Source: a virus. Taken from it: 64,000 bases of DNA. The notes under the pieces were generated by a model, which saw only the letters and a program-made list of their open reading frames with translations, had not been told where the DNA came from and searched no databases. A program made the translations under genes and the position numbers. Location: the IMG/VR virus record IMGVR_UViG_3300025782_000011, positions 2,214-66,213 of that record; one strand, 5' to 3'. Positions 18,917-29,741 of this stretch are shown piece after piece; position 1 is the stretch's first letter, and every line of letters begins with the position of its first letter.

Positions 18917-19996
18917 TTGGCGTACTCAGGTACCTATGATCAAACTAAGATAACAGTTGACCAACTGATATCTTACGCTTATCGTGATGCTGGCAAACAG
19001 GCAGAAGAAATGACGCCTGAATATGTCAACGCTGGTAAACAGGCGTTATTTTACATCCTACAAAACTCTGTTAACCGTGGTGTTAACATTTGGTTGCAAC
19101 AGATTGTTGTTCTTGGTGCACAAACCAATCAACAATATTTAAACATGCCAAAAAATTGCGTCGATGTACTCGAGGCAAATTGGATCTACATTGTTAATCC
19201 AACCATCTCTCAGGCACTTCCTTCTGATAATACAGGAGCACCTAGTTTATTTGATCAAAATGGTAATGCAAGTTTAAGTCAACATGCAACATCCACACTA
19301 TCAGAAAACTGGTTTGGTGCCGCTTACTCAAACCAAACACGTGTTTTCTATGCAGGATTTAATGCCTATTCTCCTAATGGTCCAACAACTTATGATTTAG
19401 ATTTCCAAGTAAGTAATGACGGCGTTAATTGGGAAACTTGGCAATCATTTCCAGAAGTCACACTAAACGATTATGAGTGGTCTTACATTACTATTAATGC
19501 AACACAACAGTTCTATTACTATCGTTTAAAGAATCGTAATACAAGTTCTACATTCTCACTTCGTGCTATTCAGTTTGCACAATCACAACAAGTCATTCCA
19601 TTGGCTCGTTTAAATAGAACTGACTATTTTGATTTACCTAATAAACAATTCCCAAGCCAAAGATCATTACAATTCTGGTTTAACCGTCAGGTTGATCCAC
19701 AAATGTATCTATGGCCAGTGCCTAACAATAACTACCAAGCATTCCAAATGATTTTGGAAATGCAACCTCAAGACGTAGGTAGTTTAACTAATCAACTTTA
19801 TTTACCTGATCGTTGGGTACCTTATATTCAAGCTGAATTATCACATAAATTAGCTTTACAATTACCTGGTATTGATATGAATCGCGTAGCTTACTTGAAA
19901 AAAGAAGCTCTCCAATTACGTCAAGAAGCTGAAGAAGAAGACCGTGATAAGTCTCCAATTTATTTCCAACCTAACATAAGTTACTATACTAAATAA
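18917..19996 (+). CDS. head-tail adaptor with inserted discoidin-like domain
   Basis: NRGVNIW...LPNK...LWPVP adaptor pattern, insert FQVSNDGVNW...YYYRL. Confidence 0.6.
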   Translation: MAYSGTYDQTKITVDQLISYAYRDAGKQAEEMTPEYVNAGKQALFYILQNSVNRGVNIWLQQIVVLGAQTNQQYLNMPKNCVDVLEANWIYIVNPTISQALPSDNTGAPSLFDQNGNASLSQHATSTLSENWFGAAYSNQTRVFYAGFNAYSPNGPTTYDLDFQVSNDGVNWETWQSFPEVTLNDYEWSYITINATQQFYYYRLKNRNTSSTFSLRAIQFAQSQQVIPLARLNRTDYFDLPNKQFPSQRSLQFWFNRQVDPQMYLWPVPNNNYQAFQMILEMQPQDVGSLTNQLYLPDRWVPYIQAELSHKLALQLPGIDMNRVAYLKKEALQLRQEAEEEDRDKSPIYFQPNISYYTK

Positions 19997-20616
19997 TGAC
20001 CGGCGCATACGTACAAACCTATGACAATTTAGTTGCTGATGTAATTAATTACATGGAGCGTGACGATGCACAATTCGTAGCGCAAATTCCTAACTTAATT
20101 GGATTAGCAGAATCTGCAATCGCTGCAGAACTTAAAACATTCTTGCAACTTGTTGTTGTTGAAACAAATTTAGCTACAAATCAAGTGGTGCTTAATAAAC
20201 CAGCAAGATGGCGTAAAACGATTTCAATGAAAGTTAATGGCCAACCTATCTTACTGCGCTCACAAGATTATGTAGCTCAATATCAAAATGAATCTTCTAG
20301 TGGTCAACCTATTTATTACGCTGATTATGATTATAATAATTGGGCTTTTGCACCATATCCAGATCAATCCTATCCAGTTGAAATTACTTATTATAGTTTA
20401 ATTCAACCATTAGATTCATCTAATCAGCAAAATTTATTTACTCGCGAGTGTCCTCAAGCGATGTTATTTGGTACTTTATTGCAAGCGCAAGGTTATTTGA
20501 AAGCACTTGATAAATTACCTATTTGGAAACAATATTATGACGACTCATTAGCTGCGCTTAAGAAAGAAGATAATGCACGTCGTATTGATCGTAACACATC
20601 TATTCAAGAGCCTTAA
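19996..20616 (+). CDS. head-tail adaptor / tail tubular protein A-like
   Basis: TYDNLVADVINYMER...IPNLIGLAE...APYPD. Confidence 0.6.
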   Translation: MTGAYVQTYDNLVADVINYMERDDAQFVAQIPNLIGLAESAIAAELKTFLQLVVVETNLATNQVVLNKPARWRKTISMKVNGQPILLRSQDYVAQYQNESSSGQPIYYADYDYNNWAFAPYPDQSYPVEITYYSLIQPLDSSNQQNLFTRECPQAMLFGTLLQAQGYLKALDKLPIWKQYYDDSLAALKKEDNARRIDRNTSIQEP

Positions 20617-20618
20617 AC

Positions 20619-21917
20619 ATGACCACACCTATCTATACCTCACCATTTACTGGAACCGTTGTTCAACCAACAGACGTTTCATACGAAGCGCTAAGTTTTT
20701 CAGTTAATACTCCACTCTATTGGCCATCGATTGCTAATGCCGAATTAGGTGAAACTGCAATTGCGCGTATTATGGATTGTTCTGCTAATGCTAGTTCTTT
20801 ATCATTAGCTCTCCCAGAAGCAGATCAAGGTACAGTTGGAACTGATGTACTTATTCGTAATACTGGTAATGTTGCATTTACTGTTACTAATTTTGGTGGT
20901 GGTAATTCAACAACAGTTAATGCTGGTATATCACAATATTTCTATTTAACAGATAACTCATCAGCAAACGGTGTTTGGGGTACAATCACGTTTGGTGCTG
21001 GTATGTCTGCAGCAAGTGCTTCTAGTTTAGCTGGCTTTGGATTATCTACAACAGTTAATGGATTACTTACAACATCAGATAATATTGTTCAAGTATCCAT
21101 TAATACCACACTTACTAATAATAGCCGTGCATCAACTTATGTTTGGACTGCAGGCGCTGGTACATTTACACTACCTTCTTACGCATCAATCACACCAGGA
21201 TGGTATGCTAATTTTAGAAACAATGGTACAGGATCTCTTACCATTTTACCAAATAGTCCATCTACCATTAATGGCGTATCAAACATAGTGACCAATCCAG
21301 GTGATTCTGGAATGATTATATTTGATGCTAACTCAAATAACTTCTTTACTGTAGGTTGGACATCTCCTACAAACATTACCTTATCTGCTGCATCTTATGA
21401 CGTAGATAGTATTAGTGGTAATGCATATAGTTTAGTTGCTAGTGCTCCAATGATTCAAACGTATGTTAATTTGGCTAACACAAGAACAAGCACATTAACA
21501 ATCACATTACCAAACATTACACAGTTCTATGTATTGATTAATGATACAACAACAACATCTTATAATCTTAAATTTGCAATATCTGGAAGTTCATCGCCAA
21601 ACATTACATTGACTCCAGGGCAAGTTGTATCTTTAGTTACTGATGGTGGTGTATTCTTTATCATTACACAATCCACGGTATCTTCTCTTTTCGCACCTAA
21701 TGGATCCGCAGCTGTCCCATCATTTTCATTTATTAATGATACGACAACAGGTCTTTATTTAGCAGGAACCAGTATTTTAGGTGTTACTGCAAATGGTAAT
21801 GAAATTATGTTATTTAATAATACTAATACATTATCTCCTCAAATTAGCACACCAGCCTCAGTAACAGCTACTGGAACATTAACAGCAGTAGGCGGAATTA
21901 CTGGCGGAGTATTCTAA
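20619..21917 (+). CDS. tail protein
   Basis: Beta-rich, NGSAAVPSFSFINDTTTGLY motif, ends GGVF. Confidence 0.6.
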   Translation: MTTPIYTSPFTGTVVQPTDVSYEALSFSVNTPLYWPSIANAELGETAIARIMDCSANASSLSLALPEADQGTVGTDVLIRNTGNVAFTVTNFGGGNSTTVNAGISQYFYLTDNSSANGVWGTITFGAGMSAASASSLAGFGLSTTVNGLLTTSDNIVQVSINTTLTNNSRASTYVWTAGAGTFTLPSYASITPGWYANFRNNGTGSLTILPNSPSTINGVSNIVTNPGDSGMIIFDANSNNFFTVGWTSPTNITLSAASYDVDSISGNAYSLVASAPMIQTYVNLANTRTSTLTITLPNITQFYVLINDTTTTSYNLKFAISGSSSPNITLTPGQVVSLVTDGGVFFIITQSTVSSLFAPNGSAAVPSFSFINDTTTGLYLAGTSILGVTANGNEIMLFNNTNTLSPQISTPASVTATGTLTAVGGITGGVF

Positions 21918-24089
21918 GTGGCTGATCAACAGCAACAACAAGCTCAGGCACCTCAACAGTATAGTCAAGTTTATACATTAGTTGTTGATCCGGGTGTCAA
22001 ACGAGACGGTACTATATTTGAATCTAAAGAATGTACTGATGGCGTTTGGAATAGATTCCAACGTGGCCGCCCTAAAAAAATAGGTGGTTATACTCAGCTT
22101 TTTGCTACATTTAATGGTGTGCCTCGTGGCATGGTAATGAACTCCTATAATGGAGTTAACTATGTTTTTGCAGGAAACCAAAATGGTTTAGATGTTTTTG
22201 CAACAGGACAAAACTTTGGATCTGGTGCGGGTCCGTTTAATGCATTATTAGAGGCAGGGTATTCAAAATTTACTGTTGCAAATAATACCTCAAATACATT
22301 TACCATATCTTATACAGCTTCCAATGGTAATGCTCAAAGTTTAACTTCTGTATTTAATACTGGTGCTACAGTTATTTTTAATCAAAATACTAATCCAGTC
22401 ACATACAGTGTTTCTACAAGCTCTTACAATAACGTATCTAATACAACTACAGTCACGCTAACAACGCCTATTGCGGGAGGCGCAAATTCTGTCTCAAATG
22501 TGTGGTTAGATAACGTTAGTTTTGCGCCAAGCGCAAATTTATTGTGGCAATTTGACTATCAATATAGTGTACAAGGTGGCACATTAAATCTATTAGCCCA
22601 CCCCGGTCTTAACTTAGCTAACATTGATAACGGTACTCCATCACCAGTCTATGTTGGATCCACTGTACCTAATTCATCTAATCAATGGACATTTACTGTT
22701 CTTGCTGATACAAGCGGAACATCCCCTACATTTCAACCTATTTCAGTAAATGGTGGAGTTTGTGTGCTTCACCCATTTATATTTGTTTATGGCGAGAACG
22801 GATACATTGCTAATAACCATGTAAGTTCTGTCTATAATAATCAAGTACTCACAGACTGGAATGGCCCACTTGCCAATCAGGTCAACTTAGCCGCTGGTAA
22901 AATAGTAAAAGGTATGCCAGTTCGTGGCGGTACAGTAGCTCCTTCAGGATTATTCTGGGCGACTGATAGTTTGATTCGTGTGTCATTTGTTAATAATCCA
23001 CCTACATATTGGCAGTACGACATTGTGTCAAGTGAGATATCCATTATGTCATCCAGCGCCGTAGTTGAAATGGATGGCGCTTATTACTGGATGGGTGTTG
23101 ACCGATTCTATGTATACAATGGTGTTGTTCAAGTATTACCAAATGATAAGAATGTAAACTGGCTATTTAATAATTTAAATTATACTCAACGCCAAAAAGT
23201 ATGGGCTACAAAAGTACCAAGATACAATGAGATCTGGTTCTTCTATCCACGTGGCACAAATACAGAATGTACTGATGCTATTATCTACAATACAAAAGAT
23301 AAGATTTGGTATGATGCTGGTCAGGCAGAGGGTGCTCAAAGATCATCTGGATATACTACAGAAGTTTTCCCAACACCTATTTGGGGTGATTGGAATTACA
23401 ATGTAATCTATAGCCGAGGATATACAGTAAGTGCTACTCCATCAGGCCAATCAGCTCCTACAACATCTCAATTTTATACATTAGGTGATGTAACTACAAC
23501 ATTCATGCCAGGTAGTTATGTAACTTTTAGTAACTCAAATACAGCCGCTGCTAAGTATCAAATTAATACTAGCATACATATTTTTAATACAACATTAGAA
23601 GCAACCGGCGGTGTTACACTTATTACTGTAAATGGTCCTATCACTGGTGGATCACCTGCAGCCAATACAGTATTTTATTCTATTAGTGGTGGATATGCAA
23701 TTTGGCAACATGAGGTTGGTTTAAATAAGGTATCATTTACTACGGAATCAGCAATTCCAGCAAGTTTTACGACATGCGATTTAAGCTGGGTTGGTGGATC
23801 ACCATCAGGTCAAGGTACGCCAGGTATTAATAGAAGAATGCATTTAAGACGTATTGAACCAGACTTTGTGCAAGGTGGTAATTTAACCATGAACATTATT
23901 GGTAAGCCTTTTGCCAATGGTCCTATATCTAATTCAGGTCCTTATACTATTACAACAAGTACAGATAAGATTGACTTACGTGTAGAGAATCGTGAAAATA
24001 GACTTCAATTTGCTTCTAATGAAGTTGATGGTAATTATGAAATGGGTCGATTATTAGTGACTGCTGAATTTGGTGATGAAAGGCCATAA
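21918..24089 (+). CDS. tail nozzle / stabilisation protein, tubular protein B-like
   Basis: PGVKRDGT...RFQRGRPKKIGG N-terminus, YWMG..RFYVYNG, NEIWFFYP, RIEPDF. Confidence 0.7.
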   Translation: MADQQQQQAQAPQQYSQVYTLVVDPGVKRDGTIFESKECTDGVWNRFQRGRPKKIGGYTQLFATFNGVPRGMVMNSYNGVNYVFAGNQNGLDVFATGQNFGSGAGPFNALLEAGYSKFTVANNTSNTFTISYTASNGNAQSLTSVFNTGATVIFNQNTNPVTYSVSTSSYNNVSNTTTVTLTTPIAGGANSVSNVWLDNVSFAPSANLLWQFDYQYSVQGGTLNLLAHPGLNLANIDNGTPSPVYVGSTVPNSSNQWTFTVLADTSGTSPTFQPISVNGGVCVLHPFIFVYGENGYIANNHVSSVYNNQVLTDWNGPLANQVNLAAGKIVKGMPVRGGTVAPSGLFWATDSLIRVSFVNNPPTYWQYDIVSSEISIMSSSAVVEMDGAYYWMGVDRFYVYNGVVQVLPNDKNVNWLFNNLNYTQRQKVWATKVPRYNEIWFFYPRGTNTECTDAIIYNTKDKIWYDAGQAEGAQRSSGYTTEVFPTPIWGDWNYNVIYSRGYTVSATPSGQSAPTTSQFYTLGDVTTTFMPGSYVTFSNSNTAAAKYQINTSIHIFNTTLEATGGVTLITVNGPITGGSPAANTVFYSISGGYAIWQHEVGLNKVSFTTESAIPASFTTCDLSWVGGSPSGQGTPGINRRMHLRRIEPDFVQGGNLTMNIIGKPFANGPISNSGPYTITTSTDKIDLRVENRENRLQFASNEVDGNYEMGRLLVTAEFGDERP

Positions 24090-24364
24090 TGGCTAATAGC
24101 GCTTCAGTTACGCGATTTAATCAGTATTTTCCATATATTCCAGCATATTCAACATGGAATGATTTTAATGGGAATATTATTTTGTTTTATAGTGGTCAAC
24201 CCATACCACATACGGATGAAGCTAATTGGAAGCATACAGCAAATAATATGGCTCAACTACCAGTATTTTCCAGTTACCCACTCCCCAACCCGGAATTATT
24301 TGATAATTGGCAAGATTGGGCACACCAATTTAGTTTAATTGTGAATGGTAGACAGCGTCAATAG
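24089..24364 (+). CDS. hypothetical virion protein
   Basis: Translationally coupled to the nozzle gene. Confidence 0.5.
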   Translation: MANSASVTRFNQYFPYIPAYSTWNDFNGNIILFYSGQPIPHTDEANWKHTANNMAQLPVFSSYPLPNPELFDNWQDWAHQFSLIVNGRQRQ

Positions 24365-24394
24365 GGCGTATAATAGGCCTTTTTTGCATTAGTA
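24364..24394 (+). promoter_or_regulatory. phage promoter motif GGGCG-N16-TGCATTAGTA
   Basis: Exact motif ending 7 nt before ATG 24402, consistent with a leaderless start. Confidence 0.75.
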
Positions 24395-24401
24395 TACCTA
24401 G

Positions 24402-24857
24402 ATGATATCATACCAAAAAGAAACCGTTTCATCATTTTTAAAAGACGCATATCCTTTATTTGATGAACACCATAAAGAAGTTTCTGAACGCCAAGATGTA
24501 ATTAACCATAATCTAAATGTTGATCAATTTAGACTTATGGAAAATAAAAATATGTTAGAAATTCTAACTATTCGAGATGATGGTAAATTAATTGGATATC
24601 ATACTTGGATTTTATTTAAAGCATTACACTTTAAATCAGTTTTAACAGCATCATCAGATTTATTATTTATTTTGCCAGAGTATCGTAAAGGATTATTTGG
24701 CTACAAGTTCCTTAAATGGAGCTTATCTGTAATTAAAAAACGTAAACCGCAAAGAGTTTTGATTGGTATTAAGCCAAAAAATGATTTTAGTAAGATACTA
24801 AAAAGACTCGGTGCAAATCATTTTGAAACAACTTATTCGATAGTATTGGAGCAGTAA
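24402..24857 (+). CDS. GNAT-fold acetyltransferase-like protein
   Basis: RDDGKLIGY...DLLFILPEYRKGLFG acetyl-CoA binding pattern. Confidence 0.65.
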   Translation: MISYQKETVSSFLKDAYPLFDEHHKEVSERQDVINHNLNVDQFRLMENKNMLEILTIRDDGKLIGYHTWILFKALHFKSVLTASSDLLFILPEYRKGLFGYKFLKWSLSVIKKRKPQRVLIGIKPKNDFSKILKRLGANHFETTYSIVLEQ

Positions 24858-25960
24858 TGGCTGATAGTTTTATACCAGGTGGCGATTTTGTACCAGGAAG
24901 CGATTTTGTTCCTGGTATAACAGATGTATTGGGTATTGATCCATCTCAAGGTTCAGTAGGTCAAACAGGAACTGCAGATACTACAACAACTCCAACCGAT
25001 ACAACAGGCAGTCCTTATGGTAGTGGTACAACTACTGATACTACTGGTGGTCCTAACATGGGGCAAATTAATACCACAGGTCAAGTAGAACCATCGGGTG
25101 GTGGCTATGATCCATCTCAAGGTTCAGTAGGTCAAACAGGAACTGCAGAAACTACAACAACACCAACTGATACAACAGGTAGCCCTTATGGTAGTGGTAC
25201 AACTACGAATACTACTGGAGGTCCTACAGATATTGGAGCTCCATCTACTGGCACTCCTACAGAACCTGGTGGTGGTGGTTGGACTCCTCCAACAGGAGTA
25301 GATCAAATTAGCGTTACAGCTAGACAACTTGCTAATACTGCTGGAAATTCTGCAGCTCAAAGTTTTCTTAATAGTATGTTAGGGAATACTGCAAACACAA
25401 TCGGACATATTCTTACTGGTGCTACAGGAACAACAGGTAAAGTTGCTAATACAACAGGTGTTGGTGCTCAATCTCAAACACCTAATAATACATCAAGTAA
25501 TCGAATCAATTTAACTCCGGGTTTAACACAAGCAACTTCAATTCCTGCAAGTGAATTAGGTGGCGTATTTAGTGCAATTCCTTCTATCATGGGATCAGCT
25601 CCAGTTAGTTTTGGCGCTTATGCTGAAGGTCATCGCGTTGAAGAAGATCATCAATCTTCAGAAAACCATATCCCACAATTCTACAGTGAAGGTGGTTTAA
25701 AACATAGATACGTTCAGGGAGATGGTGATGGTACTTCTGATAGCGTACCGGCTATGTTGGCTAATGGTGAATTTGTTATTCCTGCGGACGTGGTCTCGTC
25801 TTTAGGTAACGGTAGTAATGATAGTGGTTCAAAAGTATTAGATGAATTCTTGAAAACAATTCGCGAACATAAAGCTAAACATGACGTAAATCAATTACCT
25901 CCGGACAGTAAAGGTCCATTAACTTATTTAGAAATATCAAAAACTAAGGTAGAAAAATAA
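24857..25960 (+). CDS. internal virion (ejection) protein
   Basis: C-terminal GDGDGTSDSVPAMLANGEFVIPADVVS domain, internal 57-aa duplication. Confidence 0.6.
   Translation: MADSFIPGGDFVPGSDFVPGITDVLGIDPSQGSVGQTGTADTTTTPTDTTGSPYGSGTTTDTTGGPNMGQINTTGQVEPSGGGYDPSQGSVGQTGTAETTTTPTDTTGSPYGSGTTTNTTGGPTDIGAPSTGTPTEPGGGGWTPPTGVDQISVTARQLANTAGNSAAQSFLNSMLGNTANTIGHILTGATGTTGKVANTTGVGAQSQTPNNTSSNRINLTPGLTQATSIPASELGGVFSAIPSIMGSAPVSFGAYAEGHRVEEDHQSSENHIPQFYSEGGLKHRYVQGDGDGTSDSVPAMLANGEFVIPADVVSSLGNGSNDSGSKVLDEFLKTIREHKAKHDVNQLPPDSKGPLTYLEISKTKVEK
24938..25226 (+). repeat. intragenic direct repeat with 171-bp offset
   Basis: GATCCATCTCAAGGTTCAGTAGGTCAAACAGGAACTGCAGA at 24938 and 25109. Confidence 0.85.
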
Positions 25961-27042
25961 TGTCTGGAATTAATAGCTTAATCTCTGATACCACCGCACA
26001 GACCACCACGATGCCAGCTTGGTTTGACCAAGCTCAACAAAATAATGTTAATCAAGCTCTTTCTGCTGCAGGTCAAGTACCTTCATTCCAAAATACAGCG
26101 GGTGGTGTTGCTGTTAGTAATTTAACAGGAGCATCTAATCCATTTACACAAGCCCAAAATACTTTAGGTTCAATTGCTCAAACTGCAGCAACAAGTCCAT
26201 GGATTACTAATCCGACAACAGGTCAAGTTACTCCTAATACTGCAACTCCATTAGGCGGTTTATTTCAAGCTAATGAACAACAACTTCAACAACTTATTCC
26301 TCAAACAGTAGCCCCATCTGATGCAACATCTATTTCAGGTGGTCAATTTGGTAGCCTTCGTAATCAAACAGCTGCTGACACAGCAATTGCTAATGCTCAA
26401 GCTCAAATGTTGCCTGGCGAATATCAAGCTTTTTTAGCTAATCAACAAACTGGTATTAATGCAGCTACAGGATTAAGTGGTGCTGGTGCTCAAGGAACTG
26501 CAGCAGAAACTACTTTAGGTCAAGCACAACAAAATGCTCCATTAGCAGGAGTTAAAAACTTAGCTCAAGTTTTAGGTTCTACACAAGTTCCTACAACAAC
26601 AACTCAATCAGCCTCATTATCACCTTTATCACAACTTCAATCATTAGGTAATTATCTTGGCATGACTCCAGGTCAAATGGTAGGTGCGGCAGGTAATGCT
26701 GTTACTGGCATTTTGGGATCTTTATTTGGAAATACTTCACCATCAACTGGAGCAGTATCCTCTATTCCAAATACTTCAACTGAAGGTCAACCAGGATATG
26801 GTTGGCAATACTTCTCTGATGGTACATCTATTTCACCAACGGGTCAATATTACCAAGGTGGCACACTTATTTATGATCCAAGTAATCCATCAGGTGCAGC
26901 TTCTACTAATCCGGATATGAGTCAAATTAATACAACAGGTCAAACAGATTCATCTGGAGGCGAATATGATCCAAATGCTCTCCCAACAACGGACTCAACA
27001 CAAACGTTTGATCCAAATGCACCAGGAATAATAGTTAATTAG
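25960..27042 (+). CDS. internal virion (ejection) protein
   Basis: Gln/Ala/Gly-rich, GGQFGSLR motif, position after the nozzle gene. Confidence 0.55.
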   Translation: MSGINSLISDTTAQTTTMPAWFDQAQQNNVNQALSAAGQVPSFQNTAGGVAVSNLTGASNPFTQAQNTLGSIAQTAATSPWITNPTTGQVTPNTATPLGGLFQANEQQLQQLIPQTVAPSDATSISGGQFGSLRNQTAADTAIANAQAQMLPGEYQAFLANQQTGINAATGLSGAGAQGTAAETTLGQAQQNAPLAGVKNLAQVLGSTQVPTTTTQSASLSPLSQLQSLGNYLGMTPGQMVGAAGNAVTGILGSLFGNTSPSTGAVSSIPNTSTEGQPGYGWQYFSDGTSISPTGQYYQGGTLIYDPSNPSGAASTNPDMSQINTTGQTDSSGGEYDPNALPTTDSTQTFDPNAPGIIVN

Positions 27043-27053
27043 GAAAATATATT

Positions 27054-28817
27054 ATGGGATTAGATTTTTTATCAGGACTATCGGGTATCAGTACTTTAAT
27101 GGGTTTAGAAAACTTAGCAAAGAAACCTACTGAATCTGCTACTCCAACTTCTGATTCACCTACATCGTCGTCCTCAACTCCATCTGGAGGCCTTACTACA
27201 ATCACAGGCCCTGGCGGTAAAAAAATTGTAGTAGATCAATCATCATCAGATCAAATTTATAAAAATTTACAAGATCAGTACAATTTACGTAATAATGAAT
27301 TTACTGATTGGCAAAATAGAATGCAAGCAGCACGTGCTGCAGCTATTCCTAATTTACATGGTGAATCCTCTAATGCCCAACTTGCATTAAGACAACAACA
27401 AGAAACAGAACGTAAAGATCGTCTTGCTATGCTTGTTGATATGATGGCCATGAAAGGTTCTCAAGCGCAACAAACTCAATTAAGAACTGCATTAGAAAAA
27501 TCAATGCTTCCTGATACAAGTACAGGTGCTGGCGCTACTGGTGCTACAGGCGCTGGTGCAGGAACTTCACAAACTGGATATGTTATTCCAGGGTATATTC
27601 AAAAACAAATTTTAGATTTAGCTAATGCTGGTGACGTTGATGCTGCTATTAAGTTGCGTGACGAATATCAAAAACCAGCTGAAAAAGCTAGAGCTGAAAA
27701 TATTTATAGCATCGAACGTCAAAAACCTGTTCTTCTTGGTATTGGTGGACATAATAGAATGATGACTTTAGAAGAAGCTCAACCATATTTAAGAGGTGAG
27801 CGTGGTACTGAAGTTACAATTACTGATCCTCAAACAGGTCAACAATTAGATGCAAATGGTAAACCAAAAGTTTCACCATCACGTAAACCAGCGGCTCCAA
27901 AATATGAACCTGATCCATCATTAATTCCTAAAGCAAGATCATCATATAAAGATGGTGGTGCTGTTCAAAATTTTGCAGATGGTAACAGTGTGTTTTCAAA
28001 TACAGATCCTATCTTAGTAGCAGATGCTTCAACTCCGATTGTTCCTGTAACTGCAAAACGTATTCCTAGACCAGAAAATTATCCAGTGGCCCCAGAAGAA
28101 GTACAAAAACTCAATGACATTAAAAATGCTATTGAGACAACTGGTGGTAATGAACGTGAAAAAGAAGATGCTTTAGATATTAAAGATCTAGAAGCTCGCG
28201 AAAAACAAGCTATCAATACGCTCACTGACGTAACTAGATACAAAAATTACTTAGATACAAAACCTCATATATTTGGCCCTGTTAAAGGAAATCCAATTTT
28301 AAATAAAATTGTACCTGTATTAGAAGGTGTTCCAGGTATTAAAAATCCAGACAATGAAAAAAGCCATGGATTAGATTTAAGAGCAATGCTTACAAATGCA
28401 GTTATTCCTTCTGAAGATGTAGGTGATAGACTTAATGCTGATGCATTAGCTACTCAACTTGGTATTGCTTATGCTAAATTAAACTTCCCCGGTCGTATGA
28501 CTAATATGGAATTAGGTCAACAACAACGTGCTAAAGGTTTAAGTGTTGATGATCCGACACAATCAAATCAACATGCAATTAATCTTATTGAACATGAAGC
28601 AAATAAAACATTAGGTTTAGCTGATGCATGGAAACGATTTAAGATCCAAGAAGAAAAAATGAATCCTTCACATAGACCTACATGGTCAAATTTCCAATTA
28701 ACTGATGCTTATGACCATTGGAAAAAATTAGAACCGCCAAAAGAAAATATAGGAATATTAAAAAATAATTCATTTGTTACTGATAAAAATCACGTTGTAA
28801 CAAAGGTAGGAGACTAA
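27054..28817 (+). CDS. internal virion protein
   Basis: 587 aa, helical, YKDGG and FADG motifs. Confidence 0.5.
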   Translation: MGLDFLSGLSGISTLMGLENLAKKPTESATPTSDSPTSSSSTPSGGLTTITGPGGKKIVVDQSSSDQIYKNLQDQYNLRNNEFTDWQNRMQAARAAAIPNLHGESSNAQLALRQQQETERKDRLAMLVDMMAMKGSQAQQTQLRTALEKSMLPDTSTGAGATGATGAGAGTSQTGYVIPGYIQKQILDLANAGDVDAAIKLRDEYQKPAEKARAENIYSIERQKPVLLGIGGHNRMMTLEEAQPYLRGERGTEVTITDPQTGQQLDANGKPKVSPSRKPAAPKYEPDPSLIPKARSSYKDGGAVQNFADGNSVFSNTDPILVADASTPIVPVTAKRIPRPENYPVAPEEVQKLNDIKNAIETTGGNEREKEDALDIKDLEAREKQAINTLTDVTRYKNYLDTKPHIFGPVKGNPILNKIVPVLEGVPGIKNPDNEKSHGLDLRAMLTNAVIPSEDVGDRLNADALATQLGIAYAKLNFPGRMTNMELGQQQRAKGLSVDDPTQSNQHAINLIEHEANKTLGLADAWKRFKIQEEKMNPSHRPTWSNFQLTDAYDHWKKLEPPKENIGILKNNSFVTDKNHVVTKVGD

Positions 28818-28818
28818 T

Positions 28819-29718
28819 ATGCCGTTATATAACATTAATGGAAAAGAAGTTAATCTTCCTGCCCATTTTGAAAATAAAACACCTCAAGATCAAAAAGCGT
28901 ATATTGATAATTTAGTATCACAACATACAGATCAAAGTGGTAATTTTAATCCACCAGCTAATTTAGATGTTAAACCAGGACATCACTTACAAGGTGCTGA
29001 ACTAGGTATATTAACTCAAGCTGTTCAAGATATTGGTGGTGGGGTATCTCATAAAGCTTTAAATATTATTAATAACTGGGCATCAAAGCAAGGTAATAAT
29101 GTTCCTGGTGAAGCTGCTATAAAAGATCAACTTGGTGGTACTCCAAATTGGGGAGCATCTAGAGCAGATATCCATAATTTGGAACAACAAATGAAAATAA
29201 TTGCAGATCAACATAAAGCTATGCCTCCGGAAGAAGCAGCTAAATGGGAAATCTCTATTGAAAAACCAGAATTAGTACCTAAAGGTTCTAATGCTAAAAT
29301 TATCGCTGATAGAGCTGCAGCTAAAGCTGCTGAAGAATCAGCTAAAGCAGAAGCACGACGAAAAGCTTCTCAATCAGTAATGGGTAAAATAGCAGAAAGT
29401 GTGCCTCTTGCAGCTAAAGCAGCACCATATCTTGGTCGAGCATTATCGGGCGCGCAACTTCTTGAAGGTGCCGAAAGATTATCGCAACCTGGTTTAAGAA
29501 ATAAAATATCTGGTGGTATGAATGTTCTTGGTGGCGCATTACCAATTGCTGCTGAATTTTTCCCACCATTAGAAGGTGCAGCAATTCCTTTAAGTATGGC
29601 ATTAGGTGCGGGTTCTGAATTTGTAGCTCCAAGTCCTGATGAAAGAGCACCAAATGTATCCGTAGGTAAACCAGTTATCTCTCAAAAAGCTGGCGGTTTA
29701 ACTCATTTAAAAAAGTAG
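28819..29718 (+). CDS. internal virion protein, N-terminal part of a predicted frameshift fusion
   Basis: 299 aa, ends on a slippery site (TTA AAA AAG TAG). Confidence 0.55.
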   Translation: MPLYNINGKEVNLPAHFENKTPQDQKAYIDNLVSQHTDQSGNFNPPANLDVKPGHHLQGAELGILTQAVQDIGGGVSHKALNIINNWASKQGNNVPGEAAIKDQLGGTPNWGASRADIHNLEQQMKIIADQHKAMPPEEAAKWEISIEKPELVPKGSNAKIIADRAAAKAAEESAKAEARRKASQSVMGKIAESVPLAAKAAPYLGRALSGAQLLEGAERLSQPGLRNKISGGMNVLGGALPIAAEFFPPLEGAAIPLSMALGAGSEFVAPSPDERAPNVSVGKPVISQKAGGLTHLKK

Positions 29719-29741
29719 TCCCCGCCTTTGAAGGGGGCGGA
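29706..29741 (+). other. -1 programmed ribosomal frameshift signal
   Basis: A AAA AAG at 29709-29715 (overlapping T TTA AAA) followed by the GC-rich hairpin CCGCCTTT-GAA-GGGGGCGG. The -1 frame is open into ORF 29838. Confidence 0.75.
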
